A stretch of 64,000 nt of DNA from Octopus sinensis (Eukaryota), in assembly GCF_006345805.1 (NCBI RefSeq), contig NC_043001.1, positions 73,222,001-73,286,000 on the forward strand, written 5' to 3'. Below the pieces are notes generated by a model. The model saw only the letters and a program-made list of their open reading frames with translations. It did not search any database and was not told the DNA's origin. This document shows positions 1-12,720 of the stretch, one piece after another (position 1 is the stretch's first letter; every line of letters begins with the position of its first letter). The position numbers and the translations under genes are program-made.

Positions 1-1319
1 AATTGTTAATAGCCCAAAAACCCCTTTTTTTTCTATTTATACAAGTATGCCCTTTCATTAGTTATTTTGCAAGTCTAAGACAGCATTTTTTTTCCTTATT
101 AGGATTCCAGTTGGTTACAAACATTTACCAATTTAAAAATAAAAAAAACAAGCCCTGTGGAGCTGATTTTATCAGAGAAAGCAAAATAAATGAAATTAAA
201 TTTCATATACACAAACATGTTGTACTGAATTGTCTTTGTGCAGAATTTTCCTGGTGCTAACTAACCACCAAAGGTTGGTAGAAAGCAACCCTATTTTTAA
301 TATCTTATGATTATTCAATACAAAAGAATCTACTGGTAACTCTTTTATTAAGCACTGAGTACAAAAAAAAGTACATGGACATAGCACATTACCAGAATAT
401 GATAAACTGGTGATACATACACTACAGACTCAACTAACAAGGTAAACCTTTATAAAGAAGAAAATAGTGCTGATGTTTGTAGAGAGAAACATAGCAGTTA
501 ATAAAATGTACATGTTAGGTTGTGTGTGAGAGGTAGGCACAATGCCTCGAGGTTGAAGGGGAAGTATAGTCATTTTATGGACCCCCAGCATTTGACAGGT
601 ACTTTATTTTATCAACTCCAATAGGATGAAAGTTAAGTTTAAGTTAAACTCTGAATGTAAAGGAATAGAACAAGCTATCGTTTTTTTCAGTTCTGCTGTT
701 CTTTTGTATTATATTGGTTTGAAATTTTGGCACAAGGCCTGCTCTTTCTGGGGAGGAACTAAGTCAATTACAGTGATCAAATGGTGCTTATTTTATCGAC
801 CCCAAAAGAATGAAAGGCAAGTCAACCTCAGCAGAATTTGAACTCAGGATGTAAAGACAAGACAAAATACTTGCTAAGAATTTTGCCCAGCATGTTGATG
901 AATCTTCCAGCTGGCCACCTTCCTTTTTGTATTATATTGAGAATTCAATGTTGTAACTAGACACAATGTGAAGTCATCAACTGGTTACAAATAATTCATT
1001 TTCCATGTTGGTCAAAAGTTGAAATCATCAGTAAGTCACAGGTTATTGTCAAAAACCACAAACAAAAAAAATAAGGAAAAAATGTTTGTAAGGAGACTAG
1101 AAGCTCCTTAGGCCAGAGCCTGTCTTGGTTATTGTGGCATATAAATGAAGAAGTGCAGTACCCCACCCACCCACCTCTGAATAGGATACCATTCCATTGA
1201 TTGCGAGCCTAATGCCCAAACCACTAGGTTGCATCACTTCACTGCATATCATACACAACAGAATACATGCCATGCACAAAATATGACACGCATAAGAAGA
1301 GAAGATATAGCTCACACAA

Positions 1320-1706
1320 GATATAGATTGGTAACAGCTCAAAGAGCCATAGAGAGGTCAATGCTTGGAATCTCGTTGAGAGAGCACATCAGTAGCGAGG
1401 TCATCAGAGAGAAGTTCGGCGTGAGGGATGTCATCGTAGAATATACACGCAGCAAGATCAGATGGGCTGGACACGTCGCCTGGCTCACCGATAATTGGTG
1501 GACCCGCGCAGTTGTCGAGTGGCACACGCATGAGTAGAAGAGACCACTCAGAGGGCCTCCATGATGGTGGAGTTATGATTTCAGGAGGGCAATTGGGATC
1601 ACGTGGATGAGAAAAGCGCAATCCAGAGAGGAGTTGACAGCATGCTGTGACCAGCAGTGTTAAATGGACGCCTAACGGACTGGTCAGTCAAGGTGATCAA
1701 GGTGAT
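1320..1706 (+). mobile_element. RTE-clade LINE 3' fragment
   Basis: RLVTAQRAIERSMLGISLREHI...IRWAGHVA...WTRAVVEW, then KRP..GPP after a stop, is the typical RTE ORF C-terminus; ends in a (caaggtgat)2 tail. Confidence 0.85.
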
Positions 1707-1712
1707 ATATTA

Positions 1713-1938
1713 TTCTTTTACTGGTTTCAGTCATTTGACTGAGGCCACGCTGGAGCACCGCCTTTAGTCAAACAAATTAACCCAAGCACTTATTCTTTGT
1801 AAGCCCAGTACTTATTCTATTGGTCTCTTTTGCCAAAACTAACTTATGGGTATGCAAACACACCAAGCAATGGTGGGGAACAACACAAACACACTAATAC
1901 ACACACACATATATACATATATATATATATATCACCAT

Positions 1939-1986
<48 letters not shown>

Positions 1987-2147
1987 GACGGGCTTCTTTC
2001 AGTTTCCATCCACCAAATCCACTAACAAGGTTTGGGTCAGCCCGAGGCTATAGTAGAAGACGCTTGCCTAAGGTGACACAAATGGGACTGAACCCAGAAT
2101 CTTGTGGTTGGAAAGCAAGCTTCTTACCACACAGTCACACCTGCACC
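1713..2147 (-). mobile_element. SINE family A, full-length copy
   Basis: Same head, central (TA)n and tail as the other copies; explains ORF 1830-2321. Confidence 0.8.
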
Positions 2148-2195
<48 letters not shown>

Positions 2196-2324
2196 AACAG
2201 AAAATGTAGCTCAAACAAGATATCTATATATATATATATACACACACATATATATATACATACAACAGAATATATTATACCAAGAGATGTATCAGACACA
2301 ACATTACACAACACAAAATAATGA

Positions 2325-2547
2325 TAACCCTTTAGCATTTAAACTGGCCATATCCAGCCAAAACATTGTACCTGTTTTATGTTCAAACTGGCCAGATCTG
2401 CATCTCATACCTACCCTACAATGTCATTCTAAAAATAATGTTATCTATGAACTTTCAAAAGAATCAACTAAGGCATGATTAATTCAAAACAATGTGAATA
2501 AATATGAATTATACTTGACAGAGTAATTTGAATGCTTAAAGATTTAA
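2325..2547. mobile_element. piggyBac-type MITE (decayed)
   Basis: taaccctttagcatt ... aatgcttaaagatttaa; internal match to 35711-35888. Confidence 0.55.
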
Positions 2548-2599
2548 GAAGTGGTTTATAACAAAAATAACACAGAAAGAAACGAAAATTCTTTTAGTG

Positions 2600-2605
2600 T
2601 TTATT
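2600..2605 (-). promoter_or_regulatory. Candidate LIPE polyadenylation signal
   Basis: Minus-strand AATAAA followed by GU/U-rich ttcgtttctttctgtgttatttttgtt. A second candidate lies at 344-349. No transcript evidence is available. Confidence 0.3.
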
Positions 2606-2765
2606 TCTTAAAAATTACATTAAAAATAATAAATAGTTAAGTAAAGGTATCTTTTTACAGCTGACTGATGAACCATGGCAATACACTAAAAATTTCAAAC
2701 ATTGTACTTTATATGTACAATGCATGTATTTGTGAGTGTGTGCAGAGAATGTTTATGTGTGTTTG

Positions 2766-2800
<35 letters not shown>

Positions 2801-2980
2801 GAGTACTTTAGTCATTGGACTGCAAGTATGGTGGAACACCACCTTAAGGGTTCCAGTCAAACAAATTGACATCAGTGCCTATGTTTTTTTCCTATCAGCC
2901 TCTTTTGCCAAACTGCTAAGTTACAGGGACATAAACAAACCAACACTGATTGTTGAGCACTGTGAGACAAACAGACACAC

Positions 2981-3042
<62 letters not shown>

Positions 3043-3929
3043 GCAATAAGCACCATTCAAGCATGGGTCATTGCCAGAGCTGCCTGGCTGGCTCCCCATG
3101 CCGGTAGCATGTAAAAAGCACTATCCGAACGTTGTCGATGCCAGCCCCAACTGTCTCCTGTGCTGGTAGCATGTAAAAAAGCACCATCCAAATGTAGCCG
3201 ATGCCAGTGCTGCCTCACTGGTTCCCATGGTGGTGATACGTAAAAGGCACCCACTACACTCTCGGAGTGGTTGGCCTTAGGAAGGGTACCCAGCTGTAGA
3301 AACATTGCCAGATCAGATTGGATCTTGGTGTGGCCTCCTGGCTTGCCAGTCCCCAGTCAAATCGTCCAACCCATGCCAGCATGGAAAACGGACGTTAAAC
3401 GATGATGATGATGATGACACACACACAACAGGATTCCACAAAGTTTCCATCTGCCAAAACTACTCACAAGTCAGTGGTTAATCCAGGGCTATAGCAGAGG
3501 ACACTTAGCCAAGGTGCCATACAGCACAATTGTACCGCATGGTTTCAGGTTGAGTCCAACTGCATGGTACTTTGGGCAAATGTCTTCTATAGCCCTGGTC
3601 CAACCACAACTATGTGAGTGAATTTGGTGGAAACTCTGTAGATGCCCACCTTGTGTGAGTGTGTGTGTGTCATCATCATCATCGTTTAACATCTGCTTTC
3701 CATTCTGGCATGAGTTGGACGGTTTGACTGAGGGCTGGCAAGCCAGGAGGCTGCACCAGGCTCCAATCTGATCCAGAAAAGAGTGTAGTGGGTGCTTTTT
3801 ACATGCCACTGGCACAAGGACCAGTCAGGCTGTACTGGCATCAACCATGCTTGAGTAGTGTTTTTACGTGCAACCAGCATGGGAGCCAGTCAGGCAGCAC
3901 TGGTAACGACCATGCTCAAATGGTGCTTT

Positions 3930-3980
<51 letters not shown>

Positions 3981-4171
3981 CGTGTGTGTCTCAATGTATC
4001 TATGTTTGTCACCCACTGCTTAACAACCATTGTAAGCCTGTTTATGTTCTCATAACTTTCTGATATGGCAAATAAATCCTAAGATCCATTTGTTCATCTA
4101 AAACCCTCAAAGCAGTGCCCCAATATGACCATAACCCAATTCCCAATACAAGTAAGAAAATACACACACAC

Positions 4172-4253
<82 letters not shown>

Positions 4254-4324
4254 TATACACACATACACAGGCATACAGTATTCTCCACATATACACTCAC
4301 ACAAATATACATGCACACACATTA

Positions 4325-4361
<37 letters not shown>

Positions 4362-5352
4362 TACATATCTATATATTTTTAACCCATTCATTACCATCTA
4401 TTTAAACAGGGATTATTTGAGGCAGTGTTTTACAGGCAGATGTCCTTCCTGTCACCAACCCTCAGCTGTTTTTGAAGTAAAGGATTTATATTCTCATATA
4501 TATATAAATATATATAACTTGGCATTGTTCTTCAACAAAATATTTACAGATGATAGGACTCTAATTATTGACTCAGCTAGGATTTCAAGTTCCACCTTTA
4601 ATGACACCTTTAATCCATGACACTGGTTGAATACGCCATTAAAGGAAAAATTTGAAGCCCCAGTCAAAATTCCATATATATATATAAATATTCAAACATA
4701 CATGCATACATATACGTGTGTGTGTGTGTGTGCGTGTGTGTGTGTGTGTGCGTGTGTCTGCATGCACGTGCACACAATATTCTCCACTCACTATTTGCTA
4801 CATGAACATACATACATGCACACATACACGCGTGCGTGCACACACACACACACACACACACACCCAATATTCCAGCCTTGACCACTTCAACACAACACCT
4901 GTTCTTGGGTGTCTTTAGCAGGGTCCACTCTGTCGTAAACATTCAGGCCAGCTCTTCAATCCAAGTACATCTGTGTTCCTGCCTGCTGCCAATGTTAGCA
5001 GTTCTGAAAAAGGACTACTGTTGCAGTCCTTTCTCCTCATTCACAATGTTAAAACACACACACACAATAACCAGTCTTCATAAATTACCTTTGGTTGATT
5101 TGTTTTTTTTTTCTTTTTTTCTGTTTTCTGTCTCTTTTTTTTTTTTTTACAAAAATAATTGTTTCATACAAAATAACCGGTTTCGTAAAGATAGAGACTG
5201 TAGAATTATTAGACAGAGAACTGTACACAACATCTGCCCTTGCCCAGCCCACCCCAACCCTAACCCCTGTGTGTATTTCCATGCCCACACCTCATTATTT
5301 ATAAGTTGGGTTTTTTTTTTACAGTATTAACAAACAAGCCAATCAAAACAGA

Positions 5353-5550
5353 TTAGATGAGATTAAACAATTTGCGCAACTTTTCAACACACACATTTGA
5401 ACCCTGTCGTGCGTCTTTACTGACAAGGACAAAATTGAGAAATCCATGAGGGAGATCATCCAGAACCGTGAAGTCAGCAGTTTTACCAAGTTGTCTCAGT
5501 CTCTTACACAACATCACAGAATCATCAAGCAGGGGATCGAGGTGACATGT
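5353..5550 (-). CDS. LIPE: LIPE last coding exon with catalytic Asp and His and stop codon
   Basis: tttttatctgcag|ACA. TCHLDPLLDDSV...LDDLPHGFLNF...LFNLI then TAA at 5353-5355. Confidence 0.97.
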   Translation of the reverse strand, partial: TCHLDPLLDDSVMLCKRLRQLGKTADFTVLDDLPHGFLNFVLVSKDARQGSNVCVEKLRKLFNLI

Positions 5551-6682
5551 CTGCAGATAAAAAAACAAAAACAACACTGTAGAGATAAGCTGAAAATGTT
5601 CACACTCACCCACACACCTCTGTGTGTGTGTGCGTAATGTAAGTATATATACAAAGAATACATGCAATGTGACAAATGACTAGTAACCAAATTTCAGCCT
5701 CAGTAGTAGGCCCAAGAAAGCAACAAAAGCAATTAACATTGTAGAGATATATAACATTGAAATGTTCACATACACACATGTATAATATATGTGCATATAT
5801 AGAGAATATGTGTTGTGAAGCGCAACACATAACCAAAATTCAGGCTTAACAGTATGTCCCTCACTCCACTCCTATATATATGGAACATCACCTAAGAACA
5901 GGCTAGTGGAATATGAGCCACATCATAGTATTAATAAAATACAGGAAAAAAGTATGGCATTCAATGCTTTATAGAACTTGGATGTGTTTTACCAAATTAC
6001 CATTACAATTACATAATAGCTGATGAACATCCCTAATATTTTTTTTTTTTTTTACAACCCTACTCACTCATATACTGATTTGTTATAAAAAATACAAACC
6101 AAAACTCAACACATAGATATATCACATGCAAATTATAAAATCTATCAGAACTTAACTGCTATATAAATAATCCTTTCTATTGTGGTCATAAGGCCTGAAA
6201 TTTTGGAGGAGGGAATAAGTTGAGTACATTGACCCCAGTGGTCAACTGGTACTTACTTTATTGACTCTGAAAGGATGAAAGGCAAAGCCAACCTTGGCAG
6301 CATTTGAATTCAACATAAAGACAGATGAAATACCACTAAGCATTTTGCCCGGCATGCTAAAACCTGGCATTGACAATTTTATCAGTTAAAACAGTATTCC
6401 CGTGATCCTTTGCAAGCATGAGAGCAAGTTCATTTTGTTCTGCTGATGAGACCAAGAAAGTCTAGAAATGTTAACAGATTTAGGAAAAGTATTGTACTAG
6501 ACTAAATAACTGATAAGGAAACTTGGGAAAAATCTTGAACAATAAAAAAAAGATTAAAATATAGTTGTGTCTTTAATGTATAATGTCTGAAAGAAAAGCA
6601 GTTCCTTTTATATATAAATATATATATATAATTTCATTTAGCCATAGCAATATTAATAACCAATTGGTTAAAAGTCATCATA

Positions 6683-6718
<36 letters not shown>

Positions 6719-6721
<3 letters not shown>

Positions 6722-7205
6722 TCATCATCATCATCGTTTAACGTCCGCTTTCCATACTAGCATGGGTTGGACGGTTCAACTGGGGTCTGGGAAGCCAGAA
6801 GGCTGCACCAGGCCTAGTCTGATCTGGCAGTGTTTCTACGGCTATATGCCCTTCCTAATGCCAACCACTCCATGAGTGTAGTGGGTGCATTTTATGTGCC
6901 ACTGGCACAGGTGCCAGGTGAGGCTGGCAACGGCCACGATCAGATGGTACTTTTTACGTGCCACCGGCACGGAGGCCAATCAGGGCGGTGCTGGCAACGC
7001 CCACGTTCAGATGGTTCTTTTATGTGCCACCAGCAATGGTATCACAGCTACAATTTCCATTCATGTTGATCGATTTCGATTTTGATTTTCACTTGCCTCA
7101 ACAGGTTTTCACAAGTAGAGTTTTGTGTCCCAAGAAGGAAAGGTATGCATAAGTGGACTGGCTACATCCCAGTTAGAGGCCACGGGTTATGGTCCTCACT
7201 TGTCC
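6719..7205 (-). mobile_element. SINE/non-autonomous retroposon family C with (GAT)n tail (RTE-like 3' end)
   Basis: Plus strand reads (cat)n cgtttaacgtccgctttcca...gcccttcctaatgccaacc. Relatives at 3050-3416, 3670-3930, 20222-20545, 36570-36850 and others. Confidence 0.75.
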
Positions 7206-7779
7206 TGCAACCCCCCCCTCTTTGTACACACACGCACACACATACACACACCCACTCACACACACACATTTGCATATATATATACATTACACTTACACAC
7301 ACTTCAAATTTACTTGCCATACACACAACTACGCACACTGGACACACTACCACTCTACACACACACTGGCACGTTACATACGCCCCCACCCTTTCCCTCC
7401 TTCCCTTCTTCCCTCCTTCCCTTCTTCCCTCCTTCCTCCCTTTTTTTTTACCACTGACCACTCACTCGAGACTTGCTATGTCATCTGTTCGCCCTGCACG
7501 CACTAACATATACATATTTTTTGTTTTTTTATCTCGCCTCACACACACATACACACACGCACACGCGCACACGCACACACACATACCTCCCTGTTTCTGA
7601 TCTGCCTTTCTGACTTGCTAGGGTACCCCCACACACTCCTTTAATTCTACTACTGCCTGCTACTAGCCACTGTCCACCATACACACACACGCACACACTC
7701 ACACACACACCCTCGTTTTCTCGCACACCTTTTTTACCATTCCCTCTTTGATTCAGCTCTCCTGTTTTTAAAAAACATT

Positions 7780-8012
7780 TTCCTCCTTTTTGACCACTTC
7801 CGTCTTTTCAGTATGTGACCTCGTGAAGACTACCTGCAATTTTTTTTTTTTCCTCTGTCCTCCTGTCTCGGGATCTTTCTTTCTCCTATGTTTCCGACGA
7901 AGAGCTCCGCTCGAAACGTCATACCCTCCTTCTTCCATTTTCCTGAGCGCCTAATAATAATAATACTGTAATTGTTCCACGTGTTGTTGTTTTTTCTGTT
8001 TTCCCGTTTGGA
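7780..8012 (+). mobile_element. Penelope-type pLTR-like repeat with minimal hammerhead-like core
   Basis: 7894-7920: CCGACGA a GAGC tcc GCTC GAAAC GTC (U4 to C variant). Related to the 41730 and 42307 copies. Confidence 0.5.
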
Positions 8013-8018
8013 TTAACC

Positions 8019-8025
8019 TATATAC

Positions 8026-8056
<31 letters not shown>

Positions 8057-8185
8057 ACATATATATATACATACATATATACATACATATATATATATAC
8101 ATACATATATTATATATATATATATATATACATACATACATGTATATACATACATACATATATATACATACATACATATATATAC

Positions 8186-8275
<90 letters not shown>

Positions 8276-8362
8276 ATATATACATACATATATATATATA
8301 TGCATGTATGTATATATATATGTATATATATATATATATGCATGTATGTATATATATGTATG

Positions 8363-8393
<31 letters not shown>

Positions 8394-8736
8394 GCATGCA
8401 TGTATATATATATGTATGTATGTATATATATATATATGCATGCATGTATATATATATGTATGTATGTATGTATATATATATATATGCATGCATGTATATA
8501 TATATATGTATGTATGTATGTATATATATATATATGCATGCATGTATATATATATATGTATGTATGTATGTATATATATATATATATGCATGCATGTATA
8601 TATATATGCATGCATGTATATATATATATGCATGCATGTATATATATATATGCATGCATGTATATATATATATGCATGCATGTATATATATATATGCATG
8701 CATGTATATATGCATGTATATATATTATATATATAT

Positions 8737-8791
<55 letters not shown>

Positions 8792-8822
8792 TGTATGTAT
8801 ATATATATGTATGTATATATAT
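8019..8822. repeat. Compound (TA)/(CATA)/(TATG)/(CATG) microsatellite
   Basis: About 800 bp of near-continuous purine-pyrimidine alternation; source of six spurious ORFs. Confidence 0.95.
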
Positions 8823-8823
8823 G

Positions 8824-10925
8824 GTTTTGATTTTGATTTTTCCAGTTTCAGCTCATGAGCTGTGGCCATGCTGGGGCACCGCCATTTGGTTTGCTACATG
8901 ATTTTACCTCACGAATGCTTTTTAGCAACTGCCATTTGGTGCATGAAAGAGTTCGATGCAGCTGCCCTCATCTGCACCTCCTGCCGTGAAGTTGGTTCAT
9001 CCGGGACACCTGACAGGAAGAGATCCAGTCCTACTTTAAAGACATCCACATCTACACCATGCAGGTCCCTCAGGTTCTTCGGGAGGATATTGAAGAGCTG
9101 TGGGCCTCTGAAGCCCAGTATCTTGTCCTACATCTTGATGGCAAATTTGGAGTCCTTGGTATCACGCAGTGGTGCCCGGTTCTGGCATTTGTGTGACTCT
9201 CGATGCCAAAGTTTGGGACAAGTCCTTCCAGGATCTTCCAGATATATATTATGGCATATCTTTCTCGCCTACGCTCCAAGGAATAGAGTTTTAATCTCTT
9301 GAGTCTTTCCCAGTACCTTATATGCTGCACAGAGGCTATCTTCTTCGTGTAGCTTCGTTGGATCACCTCAAATTCTGTGATCAACTTGACACTGGATGGT
9401 GACCATAGCTGAGAGCAATAGTCAAAGTGGCTTAGGACAAGTGTCTTCCAGAGGACCATCATGGTTTCTTGTTCTCTTGTTCTAAAGGTTCTAAGAATCC
9501 ATCCGGCCAGCCGTCTACATTTCATTGCCAGTTTAGCAACATGTACCTGAAAGGTTGCGTCATCACTCATGTGAATACCCAGGTCACGCACTGATTGTAC
9601 CTCTGGGATTGCAATCCCTCCAGGTCCAGTGTATTCATTGGGTATTGCATTCAGTTTTGCATGCTGATAGCATAAAGCTTGAAACTTTTCAGCATTGAAC
9701 TGCATGCTATTCTTTTCAGCCCACTTGTATATTTTGTCCAACTCACATTGCAGGTGCTTAGTGTCTTCAGGGTTCTGTATTGCCTGTGAAACTTTTTTAT
9801 CATCTGCATAACTTGTGATCGTGGCTCTCTGCGTGGCTGAGGGCATGTCTGAGAGGGCCATTATGAACAGTAGTGGTCCCAAAACAGTGCCCTGCGGAAC
9901 ACCGCTCACTATTTGCGTGTTAATGGAAGTGGCCCCATTGGCTACTACCACCTGACTTCTATCCTTCAGAAAGTCATGAAGCCATTCTCCCAATTTTCCA
10001 ACTATGCCAAGATCACGCAGTTTGTGACATATCATTCCATGATCGACTTTATCAAAGGCCTTTGCAAAGTCGAGATATATCACTTCCACATTTGAGTGGT
10101 TGAGCAGTCGTTTCAGCACCCAGTCATAGTGTTGTAGGAGCTGAGTTAAGCAGCTTCTTCCTGGTCGGAAACCATGTTAGGTGTCAGGCAGCAAGTCATT
10201 CTCTTCAAGGAAGGTGATTAGTTTCCTTCTGACTATTCGTTCCATGACCTTGCTGATGTGTGAGGTCAGAGAGATAGGTCTGTAGTTCTTGGCCTCCGCT
10301 CTGCTACCTCCTTTATGAATAGGGCATATTTTACCTTCCTTCAGTTTTCTTGGAAGTTTGCCAGTTGCAAGGAAGCTCTGAAAGAGAGACTGCAGTGGTC
10401 TTGCTAGGACTCTCTTACATACTTTTAGAAGGATTGCCGGGAATCCATCGGGGCCAGTAGCTGAGTTTGTTTTCATCTCATCTATAGCCTTTATTACATC
10501 GTCTTCCTTTATATTGATGTAATCAATCATCGCCGCCTCTGACCCCATATCTGCAGTGGTGAAGAAGTCAGTTGGATTGTTGATTTGGAAATGCCCAAGG
10601 GGTGGGGTGAAAACACTCTTAAATTGCTCATTTAGTATTTCACTTACCCTCATTGGATTTCCTGTGAGTGTGCCATCCCTTTCAAGGAGTGGCCCTATCC
10701 TACAGTGCACCGTAGCTGTTTCTTTGGCATACCTGTAGAAAGCTCTGGGGTTTGATTTTATGTTGTCTATAGCCCAGGCTTCTTTGTCTGCTCTTTCCTT
10801 TTCATGGGAGAGTTGCAGACATTTTTCAATTTCCAACAGTTTCATTTTCAGGCGGGACTTTTCACTGCTTTCAATTTGTTTGTTTAGGCGATTTGAGATT
10901 TTTGTACGCCGTCTCATTAGAATTT
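8824..10925 (-). mobile_element. 5'-truncated CR1/L2-group LINE, relatively young (reverse transcriptase)
   Basis: ORFs 10177-10917 and 9070-10119 share a frame, split by one TAA (DT*HGFRPGRSC). Motifs NYRPISLTS, YLDFAKAFDKVDH, SGVPQGTVLGPLLF, YADD; short (atcaaa) tail at 8824-8840. Clade assigned from recall. Confidence 0.92.
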
Positions 10926-10943
10926 TCCTCTATATATGTATAT

Positions 10944-10977
<34 letters not shown>

Positions 10978-11266
10978 CTAGCAGTATCGCCCGGCGTTGC
11001 TCAGGTTTGTAAGGGAAATAACTATATAAGCATTTTTAGAGAGTTACTTCCCTTATATAAACCGAGCAAAAAATGCATTAAAAATGCAAAAAAATGATGG
11101 TAAATTTTTTTATCATCGCGCTAATACCCAGAAGGGCTTGATATGAATCACGACTATAAGATACGCACTTTTGGTTAAACTGCACCGCAAAATGTGGGAG
11201 TAGTTAGGAATCTAAATCGGAGGAGACAGACTCTCACACACACAACTTCAGTTTTATATATAAAGA
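10978..11266 (-). mobile_element. Non-autonomous Helitron-like element
   Basis: Minus strand starts A|TC (11265-11266) and ends in a GC-rich imperfect hairpin (plus gcccggcgttgctcagg) then CTAG|T (10978-10981). Confidence 0.7.
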
Positions 11267-11335
11267 TATATTTATATATATATATATATATATAAAGAGA
11301 AAGACACTTTTATAAAAAGTTTTGGTTGTACTTAC

Positions 11336-11904
11336 CACTAAGCTGACCTCAGGGAACATTTGGAGCTGTTTGTCCGTGGCATATATAGGGGAGACTAAGG
11401 GATTTTGGATGAGGGTCAGCTTGAGGAACCGTTCCATGGCTGATTGTACATTAGAAGAATCAAAGGAAGAATGATGTGGGGGTCGAAGAACATTTTCAGT
11501 TTTGTTGAATACTGGAGTAGAAAGGCTGCGGGGTAAATGACCATCAGGATGAGGCACATGACCAGGAGATGAAGCAGATGAAAGAGGTAAGTCAGCCCCA
11601 GGAATATAGTAAGATTCATGAGGTAAATACTGTTTAGGGAGATGTGAATTTGTCTTTTGATCATCACCGCCACCACCACCACCATCATCCTCATCATCAT
11701 CATCACTGTCATCAGGAGAAAAGAATTCAGTCAAATCTGAAGATAAAGATTCAGAAGTTTCACAATCGTAATTGCTAACATCTTTGATTTTTCTAGAATT
11801 GTCCAAAGAATCCTCATCTTTCTCTGTTGAAGGAGTTTCACAGTCTTCTTCCAGAACTGGTTGGTTGCAATAGTCACTAGACACAGTACTTGTTCCAATG
11901 TAGG
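11336..11904 (-). CDS. LIPE: LIPE exon: acidic/Ser-rich regulatory insert plus return to the hydrolase fold
   Basis: tttttcag|CC...GTG|gtaagt; 569 bp, phase 1/0. AYIGTSTVSSDY...QNPLVSPIYATDKQLQMFPEVSLV (HSL: AYAG...KNPFMSPLLA...LPPVHIV). Confidence 0.93.
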
Positions 11905-11964
11905 CTGAAAAATATTAAAATTTTTATTAATGATAGTGTTGTTACTAAAGAACATTCATGCATC

Positions 11965-12720
11965 ACTATATCTATAGCCTTAGTTTGTATGGCCTTTGCA
12001 ATATACAACAGACAGTTAGTTCTACAGGACACACTGTTCTAAAGCCTTAGGTCTATGGAACAGTTTTGTTATCATTTTAGCTCTATAGGACATAGCTTCT
12101 ATACCCACAGCTCTATGGGGAAGTGTTCTGCAGCCTTAGTCCTCTGATGCAATTTCTTTATCCTTAGGCCTATGAAACACAGTGTTTCTTTAGTCTACAG
12201 GACACAGTATTATACAGGCTTAGCCCTATGGGATACAGTGTTCTTTGTAATTCTACAAGACAATTTTTGTATAGCCTTAGCTCTTCTGAGTAAGTTTTTC
12301 TGTTGCCTGAGCTCTATGGGACACGGTTTTCATAGCATTAGTTCTAAGAGATAAATTTTTCTATAGGCTTAGCTCTACAGAACACAGTGTTCTATGACTC
12401 CAGTTCTATAAGATACATTGTCTCTATAACCTTAGCTCTATGGATCAAGATCTCCTACAGCTTTAGTCCAATGAGACTCAGCACAAAGGGATACATGTTC
12501 TTAAGTTTTAGCTCTATGGGATATACTGTTTTATAGTCTGAACTCTATGGGTTACAGTTTCTATCACCTTAGTTGTTTGGATCAAAGCTTTGTAGCCTTT
12601 GTTCTACAGGTCATAGTGTTTCTATGGGGCACAATGTTTTGACAGGTTTCACTCTTCAGGCTATTATGGCCTCAGTTCTACAGGACAGTGTTTCTATATC
12701 CCTAGCTTTATGGGACACAT
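11965..12720. repeat. Degenerate minisatellite, ~31-bp unit (agccttagctctatgggacacagtgttctat)
   Basis: Recurrent ttagctctat(g/a)ggacacag motif at about 30-bp spacing. Confidence 0.85.

Noticed and set aside
8013-8901. Six long ORFs of 176-253 aa
   Set aside because: They are translations of TA/CATA microsatellite (Y/I/H/M/C repeats). The same applies to the ORFs near 23440-23867 and 62518-62951.
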